Shown: positions 19,355 through 29,080 of the stretch, one piece after another | Layout: every line of letters starts with the position of its first letter | How positions within the stretch are numbered: position 1 is the stretch's first letter | IMG/VR virus record: IMGVR_UViG_3300027974_000020 | Coordinates: 96,001-160,000 of that record | Source of the DNA: a virus | DNA length: 64,000 nt | Reading direction: 5' to 3' (one strand) | Program-made: the position numbers and the translations under genes | The notes under the pieces: model-generated | Seen by the model: only the letters and a program-made list of their open reading frames with translations | What the model was told of the DNA's origin: nothing | The model's database searches: none

Positions 19355-20806
19355 ATGAAGAATAAACCAACAACAAACAAGGAGGAAACGGTGTATAAAG
19401 ACACTGTCTACGCAAAACTGAGAAGGGCACTTTACAATGTCATTCTCGAAGGTAAATTCATGCAAGAAACTCAATGGGACGAGAATGGACGATGCCACAT
19501 GGTTCAGACATTTGGTGACCGTGGAATTATTGCAACAATGCAACGAAAAGCAAATAACAAAGGATGGGTTGTATTCTTTACTTTGTGCATGTACAAGCAC
19601 GAGCAAAATCACATTCCATTCATGCGTGATTTGAAAGTTAGATTGACTATCAATGAAACTCCATCTGGAGTAAGATTATTGTGGTTTGTTAATGGTAAGC
19701 CACAATGGATGGTAGAAAGTAGTCAAATGGCTTTCTCAAATAAATTCCATCATACTGGACATATAGTTCAAGAAGTTATTAATCAGATCAAGAGTATATA
19801 TTCTCCTGAAGATTTTATACCGATCTTGAAGTACATGCAAAATCCAACATGCAAAGAGTATACTTTGTATGGCCTTAACCAAAGGTGGATGAAAAAGTTA
19901 TCAGGTGGAACAAACCCTAGGCAAATCTTGAATAAAATCTATGGCAAAGATGGGCAGGATGGGTTGAGCAGAAATGCTTTTGGTTCAAATATTGGCAAAA
20001 AGAGTTTTGCTACATTTGCTATAGCAGCTGAGCTAGTGCGATATTTGAAATCATTTCCTACATCATTCTTTGATAAAATCATTCTTGATGACTTTGCAGT
20101 ACAAGATATTGCATACTTGGGGATGATGTATCAAGATGTAACTTACATCCAATATTTCATTAAGTACTTTAATCACAGTAAAATCCAACAAGATTTTATT
20201 AATGCGATTAATAACTTTGAAATGTATCCACATTCTGATTATGACATTTCAGATGCTACAGAACGTTTCTTTAGGATGAGCATTTGGCAGGAAGCACGTG
20301 ATACCGGCAGGATGTTCAAGGAAATAAAGAACAGAGCTGTTCGGAGAAACATCATTGCACTTAAAGGCACGGTTCAAGAAACCCATGACCTTGTCACTAT
20401 CGAGAATGCAAAGCTAGCTCGAGAAGATAAGCAAATCAAATACAGTGATAAGAGCCTTATCCTGGATGGTCAACAGATAACAGATAATATTATTTCTGTT
20501 CTTCCGAAGACAACGTTTGATTTAATATTATGGGGTTCACAACAGCACAACTGCATAGGTAGCTATGGAGATCGTGTTGCTCGTGGCACAGGTGCGATTG
20601 TTGTTGGATTCAAAGATGTGACAACAGATACTTGGGTCGGCCATGCTGAACTCAATAACTATTTCAACAGCTTTGGAAGTTCTTGGACAATCATGCAGTT
20701 GAGGGGCAAATATAACTCAAACCTTGATGAGTCAGATGAAACTACTATTCGTTTGTTTCTGGACAACATACTCAATGCTTGGAATGAAGAGTTAGTATTG
20801 CCATAA
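19355..20806 (+). CDS. PcfJ-like domain protein
   Basis: C-terminal LILWGSQQHNCIGSY...MQLRGKYN; start may be GTG 19391. Confidence 0.75.
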   Translation: MKNKPTTNKEETVYKDTVYAKLRRALYNVILEGKFMQETQWDENGRCHMVQTFGDRGIIATMQRKANNKGWVVFFTLCMYKHEQNHIPFMRDLKVRLTINETPSGVRLLWFVNGKPQWMVESSQMAFSNKFHHTGHIVQEVINQIKSIYSPEDFIPILKYMQNPTCKEYTLYGLNQRWMKKLSGGTNPRQILNKIYGKDGQDGLSRNAFGSNIGKKSFATFAIAAELVRYLKSFPTSFFDKIILDDFAVQDIAYLGMMYQDVTYIQYFIKYFNHSKIQQDFINAINNFEMYPHSDYDISDATERFFRMSIWQEARDTGRMFKEIKNRAVRRNIIALKGTVQETHDLVTIENAKLAREDKQIKYSDKSLILDGQQITDNIISVLPKTTFDLILWGSQQHNCIGSYGDRVARGTGAIVVGFKDVTTDTWVGHAELNNYFNSFGSSWTIMQLRGKYNSNLDESDETTIRLFLDNILNAWNEELVLP

Positions 20807-20936
20807 AGTTTTACCTCAGGTAAATAAGAGAGAAGGGTCCTTCGGGACTCTTTTCTTTTATGCCTAGTTCACAGGTCTCAGATCACTGAGGTCGCTAGGC
20901 AAGTAATACAAACCAATAAACCCTTAAGGAGGGAAT

Positions 20937-23528
20937 ATGGAAGACCAACCGGTCAAACCGCCCGATGCAGCGGCCAATGCATCAACAAAGGAGAAGAAGA
21001 TGCCAAAAGGTATCATCACTTTCCTGAAGGGGCGCTTTCGCGTTCTGACAAATAATCCAACTCCGAAAGAGGAGCAGGCATACAATTTGTCTCAGGAAAC
21101 CAATAAGCCAGTCCCGTTTGGACGGATCAAGACTGTTACTGGATACAATTATGTCCAGGACGTCTACGCTGTTCAGACTGGTGACTTCACCTACTCCTTG
21201 TTGGAGAACAAACTTACTAAGCGGGGAATTAAGTTCCGTTTAGGAGTCGTCTCTAACAAGGATCTATCAGAGCTCGTAATCAAACACGAACTGTTCAGTC
21301 TTAATGACATGATCAGTAAGTGCAGGTTCGCATGGGCTAACGCATCATACACCTTCTTCCTGGAGGTTCAAGACAGTAAAGAAGCATCAAGCTTTGATCT
21401 GTCTGATCTTGGGTTGGAGGTCTATGACTTCAAGAAGACCAGCAAACGTTTGCAGGAAGTGACTCGTATCACTCAAATGCATTCGTCTGGTCCGATTGGC
21501 AAACTTGATTATCGCATGTTGGAAGATCTTCCTGGTGAAGAACTTGCATATGATGGTCCAGTATTTGTCAGCGACTCATTTGCAGTGCGTTCTTGCTTTA
21601 GTATGACTGATGGTCCTGCTAAGAACAAGCACATTGCAATGATCAATCGCGGTAAGATCGGTCCAATGATTGGTCGTATTCTGATGGATCAAGGTGAAGT
21701 TAAGGGCCTTGTCCACGTTGTTCCACGACAACAGCTAGGTGCGGATGTGGTTTTCCACAAATCTGCTCTGAAGCGAGAGTTAAAGACTGACGATGGACGT
21801 TGGCACTATACTGCCTTCAAACACAAGAACCTCCACACTGCTATGTGGGATATGCAAACTATGTTCAATAACCATACCTGGTTAATGACCAAAGAGCAAT
21901 TCACACTGGACATGGAGTCTGTTATCACTGACTTTAACAAGTCTGTTGAGAATGGACAGCTTCCTGACTGGATTATCCACCAGGAAACTGACGGGCACAA
22001 GGATGACTCAGCTCCACAAGTAGAGCATGTGACATCTGGCTGGAAGAAGAGTTACATCCGCTGGCAACAAGCTGGTTTGGATGTAACTGCATCTAGCAAC
22101 CTCGTCTACATGGCTTTCGGATCATTGCTGAACCAAATGCGTTCTGCTTTGAAACGAAACACGTGGTGGGTTCCCATCTCTAATGCCTTTACGGCGACAG
22201 TAACCACCTTCGATGCTTTGGAGGTCATGGGTAACTTTGAGCTGCCTCAGCACAAACGAGACATGGTGTTCTTTGATGAACGCTTTGGCTGTATTGTGCC
22301 GACTAAGCGGTTCATTGAGACTGCTGACCTTCATGACACGTGGGATCAGGACGGTGACCAAGCTAAGTTCATCCGCATTAAACTGTGGAGTTCTTCGCTT
22401 GTTATGAGCCTTGATGGATACAACCATCCGGAACTCAGGGAAACATATGTCATTCCTGCTGATTTGGTAGTGCCAAGCACTCCTGAAGAGGCAATTGATA
22501 TGTGTGTCGTTATCCGTTCACCAAACGGTCCTGGCGGTTACTCTATCGAACGGTTTGATGCTGAAACGATGCCATGGCTTCGTGTAGCGGAAGATCGTGT
22601 ACAGGTAATTGATCTGGCCAAAGCACCAGCTGCAATGAGCACTTTGCTCGTTACAACTGAATGCGGTCAGATTAATAGCTCCACTACCTACAGCAAGGAA
22701 TTGTTCAACCGGGATCATGCTCTTAATATGATCTTGGCACAGATGAATAACCCTGGTGTTGGTAGGTACGCTAATCTCATTATGGTTTGGGCTGCAACAT
22801 TTGGTCCAAGCTATCCTGATAAGTTGCCTGCAATTGGTAACGATGTCATTGACTGTGTTCAACAGACCGCAGACCTTGGTTCATTTGTTCAATTGCAAAG
22901 TGACTACTCAGAAATGGCTGAAAGCATTGCTCAGGCGATCATTGACAGCGGTTGTGGTATTGACCGTTATGTTCTTGAGACCCGGTTCCCTGCACTCAGC
23001 GATGAGACACGCCAAATGCTGGTAGATATTGCAGTAGACGGTCAGTTTACTGAGATGTACAACGCATACAATCAAACTATTACAAAGGTGCAAAATATCG
23101 CATCCAAGGGTAGCTTTGATCTGCGTTTGACATCTGACACTCGTAACAAAGTGTACAATGCAATTCCAGCTATGAGGGAGTCAACCTCTGTTTGGTGCCG
23201 TGGCATCTGGTCAAAGTATGAACGTGAACTCTCAAGGGTTGACGGTAAGTACTCTGAACTGTCCAAGAATACCAATCGCTTTGTAAAGATGTCTGCTGTT
23301 GCACAACGCACAGAAGAAATCTCTACCATCATTGGTGCACTGTTGGATGAAGTCAAGGCAACATCACATCCTGAGCTCTATGCTCTTGCTATCTACCGTT
23401 GGATCATTGATCCGGAACTGACTCGCAGTAAGTATGGCGTGTCTGACCGTATCATCTTCCAGAACGGAATAGACGGACAAGAGACCATCATGGATCTCAT
23501 TATCACAGCAATCAAGGACCTGAAGTAA
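20937..23528 (+). CDS. Putative single-subunit two-barrel RNA polymerase (cellular RdRP/YonO-like), paralogue A
   Basis: KKTSKRL, YDGPVFVS, GRI..GEVKGLV, DVVFHKSALK, catalytic DQDGD (22344-22358), IRSPN, GVGRYAN, VIDCVQ; alternative start ATG 21000. Confidence 0.75.
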   Translation: MEDQPVKPPDAAANASTKEKKMPKGIITFLKGRFRVLTNNPTPKEEQAYNLSQETNKPVPFGRIKTVTGYNYVQDVYAVQTGDFTYSLLENKLTKRGIKFRLGVVSNKDLSELVIKHELFSLNDMISKCRFAWANASYTFFLEVQDSKEASSFDLSDLGLEVYDFKKTSKRLQEVTRITQMHSSGPIGKLDYRMLEDLPGEELAYDGPVFVSDSFAVRSCFSMTDGPAKNKHIAMINRGKIGPMIGRILMDQGEVKGLVHVVPRQQLGADVVFHKSALKRELKTDDGRWHYTAFKHKNLHTAMWDMQTMFNNHTWLMTKEQFTLDMESVITDFNKSVENGQLPDWIIHQETDGHKDDSAPQVEHVTSGWKKSYIRWQQAGLDVTASSNLVYMAFGSLLNQMRSALKRNTWWVPISNAFTATVTTFDALEVMGNFELPQHKRDMVFFDERFGCIVPTKRFIETADLHDTWDQDGDQAKFIRIKLWSSSLVMSLDGYNHPELRETYVIPADLVVPSTPEEAIDMCVVIRSPNGPGGYSIERFDAETMPWLRVAEDRVQVIDLAKAPAAMSTLLVTTECGQINSSTTYSKELFNRDHALNMILAQMNNPGVGRYANLIMVWAATFGPSYPDKLPAIGNDVIDCVQQTADLGSFVQLQSDYSEMAESIAQAIIDSGCGIDRYVLETRFPALSDETRQMLVDIAVDGQFTEMYNAYNQTITKVQNIASKGSFDLRLTSDTRNKVYNAIPAMRESTSVWCRGIWSKYERELSRVDGKYSELSKNTNRFVKMSAVAQRTEEISTIIGALLDEVKATSHPELYALAIYRWIIDPELTRSKYGVSDRIIFQNGIDGQETIMDLIITAIKDLK

Positions 23529-23872
23529 TAGGTTCTTCCGAGTAAAGAGAGAGAGCCCCTGGGGAAACCTAGGGGTTCTTTCTTTATTCCTAGATCCTAG
23601 GTCTTTAGTTATTATATTAATATTTTTTTTTCCTAGATCTTAGGACCCTATTCTAAAGTCACTCGGCGATTGCTTAGCCCTCAGACTCAAAATAGGCTGA
23701 GATTCTAAATCCTCTTTGGCTCATTTCCCTTGACGGGCTTGGGCTAAAAGGGGGGATTTTCTCTCTTCTTTGCTCAATGTCCCTAACGGGTCTGGGCCAA
23801 AAGGGGGGGATTATTCCCTATTATAAAGGCATTCTTGGGAGCCTACAATTCCAAGAGAACAAGGAGACGATT

Positions 23873-24385
23873 GTGACACTCACAGTCTACATTAATACCC
23901 CTCCTGCTGTTCGGGAGAACAAGACCACAGGTGAGACTTTCTTCTCATCTTTGGTTGGCGTTTCTGCCGAACTCAGGGCAACACTTCCACAGGTGGACGT
24001 TCTCAACTGGAACATCCAAAAGTGGGAAAACCTCACGCTTGACGCTGAAGTTGCTGCACTCATTGGCTACACCGCTGATGAGCCAGTTGACGAAGTGGTC
24101 ATTCCAAAGCACGAAGCCATTGACGCCTTCTTCCAATCTGCTGTTGCAGGTGGACTGAAGTTGGCAATCGTTTGTGACTCCGTCCAGCACGGGAAAGTCA
24201 CTGAAGGTGTTAACCCTAACACTAACAAGAACGAGCGCCGTATGGCTATCTGGCCTGAAGGTGAGTTCAGCATTGAACTGTTCAAGCCGACTGCAAAGGC
24301 TAAAGTCAGTGCTGCTACGGCAGACCGCTTGCGTAACAACAAGCAAGAAACAGCAGTAACTTCGGACGGAGATGCACCGTTCTGA
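23873..24385 (+). CDS. Hypothetical protein with SSB-like acidic-aromatic tail
   Basis: AAGGAG RBS before GTG; ends DGDAPF. Confidence 0.7.
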   Translation: MTLTVYINTPPAVRENKTTGETFFSSLVGVSAELRATLPQVDVLNWNIQKWENLTLDAEVAALIGYTADEPVDEVVIPKHEAIDAFFQSAVAGGLKLAIVCDSVQHGKVTEGVNPNTNKNERRMAIWPEGEFSIELFKPTAKAKVSAATADRLRNNKQETAVTSDGDAPF

Positions 24386-24410
24386 GTTGACTGCTCATTC
24401 CCCAAGGTGT

Positions 24411-24460
24411 GGAGTGTGGGACATTTGCTTCGGCGAGTGTCCTACACTCCCCCTTTTTTT
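24411..24460 (+). terminator. Intrinsic terminator
   Basis: GGAGTGTGGGACA...TGTCCTACACTCC followed by T7. Confidence 0.75.
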
Positions 24461-24687
24461 ACTTAGTTCCTCGGCTACTCCTACGGAGTAGGCCTCAGAA
24501 CTAATTCGCTGGCTGACGCCAGCTCAGACTCTTGCTATCCCCTCCTTGGATGTGCTAGCTCAGTAGTATAATAATATTGTATTACTGGGCTAGACATTCT
24601 AAAAAAAAATTCAACTAGTACAATAGTCACCAAAACTCAACTACAAAAGGGGGGTTTTCTAAATATTCCTATCTTGAAAGGATTGTT

Positions 24688-24906
24688 ATGACATCAGAAG
24701 ATACCGTATGGCACATCTCAAGTGCAATCATTGCTGCAATGTTTCCACCTAAATCATGGTGTGAAGAAGCAACCAACGATGAACTTGACAAAGCATTGTT
24801 CAGGGTCCTCAACAGTGAAGGGGAATCAAAAATCTCTCACATCAAAGGACTGAACAAGTTGGATGAAGTCCTTGCTACTCTTGCTAAAGAAGCAGGAATA
24901 AAATAA
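24688..24906 (+). CDS. Hypothetical protein
   Basis: GAAAGGA RBS. Confidence 0.65.
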   Translation: MTSEDTVWHISSAIIAAMFPPKSWCEEATNDELDKALFRVLNSEGESKISHIKGLNKLDEVLATLAKEAGIK

Positions 24907-25127
24907 TGTCAACAATAAGAATTAACACAAACACGTGTTTGCATTGCAAGCAAGAAGGTTTCATCGAAATGTCAGAAGATGAATACAATCGAGGCATCAA
25001 TGCATTCAACGAAGGAGAATTAATTCAATGTGCATTCCCAGGTCTATCTGTAGATCAAAGGGAACAAGTCATTTCTGGAACTCATCCAGAGTGTTGGAAT
25101 GAACTGTTCGCAGAAAAAGAACATTAG
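24906..25127 (+). CDS. Small phage zinc-binding protein
   Basis: CLHC...IQCAFPGL..DQRE..ISGTHPECW. Confidence 0.75.
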   Translation: MSTIRINTNTCLHCKQEGFIEMSEDEYNRGINAFNEGELIQCAFPGLSVDQREQVISGTHPECWNELFAEKEH

Positions 25128-25191
25128 ATCTACGGGCATTTGTTTGTAAAAGCTGACCCTTTTTGGGTTGCGCAGACATTTGCGCCGTATA

Positions 25192-25287
25192 CAGGTAATC
25201 AACACCTGAAAACCCCTCGGTAGTCCTATCGAGATGAAGTTGATTATGGATAGACGAGCTATAGCGTCTTTAAACATTTAGGATAGC
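25192..25287 (+). ncRNA. Predicted pseudoknotted intergenic RNA
   Basis: CAGGT/ACCTG with AATCAAC/GTTGATT; AGACG/CGTCT with GCTAT/ATAGC. Confidence 0.5.
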
Positions 25288-25505
25288 CTAGGCCACTGGT
25301 ACAAGGGCGACACAAGAACACTGTCTGGTATATGCAGAAGAAGCGTTGTATCAATATACTTTTAAAAAATAAGACTAGTACCCTACGTAAAAGGGGGGAA
25401 GGGCAATATGAAAACAATAACATTAATATTAACATCATTCATCGCCGGCGGACTTACCATGATCGTATGGGTTCGCAGGATGTTCAAAACAATGGAAGGA
25501 CAATT

Positions 25506-25691
25506 ATGAGTTACAAAAAGTTATTTTGGGGCTATGTAACACTAAACGTTATTTGGGGATTTCTTTATGGAATCTACCTTGGTGGCAAACAAGTCCAAGC
25601 AAGCGACAGGATCAGTGAGTTCAAGTTCAGCGATAAAATGCAAGAAATGGTCAAGTACTACGAAAACAAGAATAAGGAACAAGTAGCATGA
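25506..25691 (+). CDS. Small membrane protein
   Basis: Start refined to ATG 25506; one TM. Confidence 0.55.
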   Translation: MSYKKLFWGYVTLNVIWGFLYGIYLGGKQVQASDRISEFKFSDKMQEMVKYYENKNKEQVA

Positions 25692-25955
25692 TGATCCAAG
25701 TCATAGATGGTGAACTACGTACAGGCGTATGTGCAATATGTCACAAAAGAAAACCAACCATAACTGTATCAATAAACACTAAAGGAAGTCGGATACTCAC
25801 CACTGAAGATTGGTGCTTAGAAGACTTTAATAGTCTAAAAGAAAGAATATCACTAAAATGAAGAAACTCACAGCAATCACTACAGCAATAGCATTTGTTC
25901 TTGCCGGCTTAGCCGTATATCTCAAGAAAATGAGACTATTCAAAAAGGATAAATC

Positions 25956-26195
25956 ATGAACTCAATACTTATTATTTCACTTGTATTGTCTCATCTACTA
26001 GCCATAGCCATAAGCGCAAAATGGACATCTAAACTCATCTACACTGACATTAAAACTAATTACGATGTTATTGAGTTTGTGCGGGTGATAGAAGAAGTTC
26101 AATCTAGAAGAAACCACCCCACAGCTAGGCCTCAGTTCTATGATTGGGAAACGGAAGAAAAGTTCGAAAACATCATCGATCAATTCGACAAATAA
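25956..26195 (+). CDS. Small membrane protein
   Basis: RBS; N-terminal TM; RRNHPT motif. Confidence 0.65.
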   Translation: MNSILIISLVLSHLLAIAISAKWTSKLIYTDIKTNYDVIEFVRVIEEVQSRRNHPTARPQFYDWETEEKFENIIDQFDK

Positions 26196-26307
26196 TCATT
26201 CTAAACCACCTCCTATAAAAGGGGGGCAATCATAGAAAGGGGTGATGAATGTTCGATTGGTTCTTTGATTTAATAGCTGATCTAATAGATGCAATATTCG
26301 GAAACTA

Positions 26308-26535
26308 ATGAAAGGAAAAAGTATGCGTAAGCTTGGAGAACTGCTTGGTAAAACCACAGCAGGAAGTAAGGAACTGGTTAAAAGTTCAATTACTGGTTCT
26401 AAGAAAGTGGCTTCTGTCACTAAAACAGCAGTAGTCGATGCAAAATCTGACTTTGTTGCTGGCTTCAAAGCTACTTCTGGTACTCCTGTTGTTCCAACAG
26501 TAGATACAATAGAAGTTATTGAAGTAACGGAGTAA
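26308..26535 (+). CDS. Hypothetical protein
   Basis: ORF; probable start 26323. Confidence 0.6.
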   Translation: MKGKSMRKLGELLGKTTAGSKELVKSSITGSKKVASVTKTAVVDAKSDFVAGFKATSGTPVVPTVDTIEVIEVTE

Positions 26536-26625
26536 ACCCAAAAGGGGGGATTGCGTATCTAGTGCAATCTCTTTATATAATATCACATAACAACATATCC
26601 CATAATATCACAGAAAGATAATATC

Positions 26626-27669
26626 ATGTCAACACTAAGCAATATGTTTGGTATCAATAGCGATGATCTCGCTCTTGTTACCGAAAATCCCGATGCGTTC
26701 AAAAGCCAAAGCAATACCACGCTACTCCGTAAGGATAAGCGGGTAAAGGCAAAAGGCTCGATCAACAACATCGAAATCCCAACCTACGTCACACTTGAGA
26801 GTGCCTTCTGGACTCGTCTCACTGTGCGTGACCACTACATCAACCGTGCAGGCGCAGAAGCTCGTACCAGCCAAGTATTTGGTGGTGTCTTCAAGCCAGT
26901 CAAAATGAAGGTTGAAGTTGAAATCAACGGTAAAACTATGCTCTTGCAAGAGCTCATCCGCGACCTCATCGCTGAAACCTCTGCAGGCAAGTCAGCCGAC
27001 GAAATCAATCGTATCATTGAAGATACAAATCTTCTTCGTGGCTTTGCCGATGGTATGCCGTTGATGTTCCAACAAATGGGTGCCAGCGAAAACGGCTTCC
27101 AGCATGCAATTGAAATCTTCCGTTCCGCAGGAGCAGTAGATGACCTTGCTTCATTGAAGGGTAACAGCCGATTCCACACCTGCTATGACATGAAACAGAA
27201 ACAGGGTCTTGAAGTTGTAGCCTTTGAACTTGGTTCAGCAGACCGCACACAATCAAAAACAGGACAGGGCTTTACTGACATCATTGATGCAGTAATCAGC
27301 AATCTTGTTCGTGTCATCGGTCACAAAACAACTGCTGCTATTCTTCGTAAAGAAATTGAAGAAAAAGTTGCAAGTCTTTCGCAAGGTGACATCAAGGCTA
27401 AGCAGACTAAGATTGATTCTGAATTGGCAATGAGCCGTCAGTATCCAGTCATTTGGTCTGGTGCTGCGCGTCAGAAAGACACAACAGAAACTGGCGATAT
27501 GGTTACCCGTGATAAGTACAATGCTGTCAATGCACCTTGTGGTCGTTGGACTGTACTTCTCAATGGTCAAACAGAAGATCTGGATGTATGGTCAAATTCG
27601 ACCAAGCAACCAATCAATGCTGTAACCACCGCAACTGCAGTTGTAGATACAACGGTTAAACCGTTCTAA
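26626..27669 (+). CDS. Hypothetical protein (347 aa)
   Basis: Long ORF with biased codon usage; ends KPF; hairpin downstream. Confidence 0.85.
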   Translation: MSTLSNMFGINSDDLALVTENPDAFKSQSNTTLLRKDKRVKAKGSINNIEIPTYVTLESAFWTRLTVRDHYINRAGAEARTSQVFGGVFKPVKMKVEVEINGKTMLLQELIRDLIAETSAGKSADEINRIIEDTNLLRGFADGMPLMFQQMGASENGFQHAIEIFRSAGAVDDLASLKGNSRFHTCYDMKQKQGLEVVAFELGSADRTQSKTGQGFTDIIDAVISNLVRVIGHKTTAAILRKEIEEKVASLSQGDIKAKQTKIDSELAMSRQYPVIWSGAARQKDTTETGDMVTRDKYNAVNAPCGRWTVLLNGQTEDLDVWSNSTKQPINAVTTATAVVDTTVKPF

Positions 27670-27778
27670 CTATAACCAACATTTAAGTTCTGCTCTGGAA
27701 TATGTTAACCTCATTGCATATTCCAGAGTAGACTTAATTAAAAAAATAACACTAGACCTTTAATGAAAGGAAGGCTCT

Positions 27779-28060
27779 ATGTATATATTAGCATTAGCAA
27801 TCCTTCTTGGACTCGCTGTGGCAACCGTCACAGAAATTGTCTATGAAGTTGCACCAGCTATAAGTAAGATTAAGTACCTCGGCAACCCAGATCTTCTGTT
27901 CCCACTGCTTGCAATCCTCGCAGTATGGGCAACTGATACATCTATCCTAGGTGCCTATGGTCTTAACGGTGCAGAATGGTTTGACGTTGTAGGTTCAGGT
28001 TTGGCTGTCGCCGCTGCAACCAAAGCAACTGATGCCGTAGTTAACTATCTTAACAAATAG
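27779..28060 (+). CDS. Holin-like small membrane protein (3 TM)
   Basis: Three hydrophobic segments; own terminator. Confidence 0.6.
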   Translation: MYILALAILLGLAVATVTEIVYEVAPAISKIKYLGNPDLLFPLLAILAVWATDTSILGAYGLNGAEWFDVVGSGLAVAAATKATDAVVNYLNK

Positions 28061-28162
28061 TAAACTATAAACAATGATGTTAGCGTGGGTGGTAGAACTC
28101 TATCTCTATCACCCACACTAATCATAATATTATTTTTTTATTCTAACTCAAAAGGAAATAAG

Positions 28163-28426
28163 ATGAGCACACCAACTGAAGTAGTCGAAATCCAACGTTG
28201 GATGAAAGACGCAGCATGTAAGGGGAACACTGAAGGTGACTGGTTCCCAGAAGCCCCAGGCAATAACTCTGGAGTAAAAATAGCTTTAGCAATATGTAAA
28301 GATTGTCTAGTCAAACAAGAATGCTTTGACTATGCAATAACAAGACCAGAACTATCAGGTATCTGGGGTGGAGTAACATCACGCAAGCGTGGATCCTTAC
28401 GAGCCGAAAGGAAAAAAGGTGAGTGA
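28163..28426 (+). CDS. whiB: WhiB-family Fe-S transcription factor
   Basis: WMKDAAC...WFP...ICKDCLVKQEC...GIWGG. Confidence 0.93.
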   Translation: MSTPTEVVEIQRWMKDAACKGNTEGDWFPEAPGNNSGVKIALAICKDCLVKQECFDYAITRPELSGIWGGVTSRKRGSLRAERKKGE

Positions 28427-28796
28427 ATACCCAACAGATTATCCTCGCAATGGTTTCCATATCTGTCATGGGTGTGGGTCTATGGCTCCGCATCATAGTC
28501 AAGAAAGCCTTCCAGATAATGGATGGACATTCGATCTCAACCTATTCGGATACTATGGCGGTTTTACAGATCCCATTGGAGAAGAACCACAAAGAATAAG
28601 GTTATGCCACGACTGTGTGCTTAAGTTTCTAAACACATTTCCTCTATTAGGAGTACTCATAGGATCAGGCTGTCATAGTATGTCTGGCCCCAATGAAAAA
28701 CCATGCTGCAAATATGCATGGAAACTAGACTCCATAGAGAATAATCATATCACGTGGATAGCCACTGAAGATGGTGAATCTTGGACTGTGTTGTAA
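28419..28796 (+). CDS. Cys-rich hypothetical protein
   Basis: CHGC, GYYGGFTD, LCHDC. Confidence 0.7.
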   Translation: MSEYPTDYPRNGFHICHGCGSMAPHHSQESLPDNGWTFDLNLFGYYGGFTDPIGEEPQRIRLCHDCVLKFLNTFPLLGVLIGSGCHSMSGPNEKPCCKYAWKLDSIENNHITWIATEDGESWTVL

Positions 28797-29080
28797 TGCT
28801 TCTTCCCTATAGGCTTATCTATATATGTCTATAGGGAATAAGTACCCTTTGCCCTTGTTTTCGGGGGGGACCCGCGAAGCGGGGGGGTCCCCGATATTAA
28901 AATGACAACCCTTGTGGTTGTCTTAAAAAATAGAGGTAGTCTTTAGACTACCGAATAAAAAATAAGCCTAGGCTTTAGTCCGCCGGCTTAAAAAACTTTT
29001 TCTACTACGTGTTGTCATAGGCATGTTATACCTGCTATGATATACATATCAAGTAGTACACGACGATAGGAGTAATACAG

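Larger units (their letters stand above)
11981..23647 (+). repeat. Dispersed repeat family: intrinsic terminator + T-tract + ATG(A/C)CTAG-N5-AGG(T/C)C element, 14-15 copies
   Basis: Motif starts at 12023, 12504, 12892, 13428, 13761, 14263, 14628, 16146, 16588, 17124, 18631, 19305, 20860, 23586 (plus ~23629); always intergenic, same strand, directly after a GC hairpin and T-run. Confidence 0.92.

Noticed and set aside
11981-23647. CRISPR array or classical integron interpretation of the dispersed repeats
   Set aside because: Intervals are gene-sized and irregular, repeats are degenerate, there are no GTTRRRY/RYYYAAC attC core sites, and no cas or integrase gene is present in the window
23746-26549. 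Retroelement polypurine tract interpretation of AAAAGGGGGG
   Set aside because: No reverse transcriptase, LTR or DGR-type repeat pair in the window
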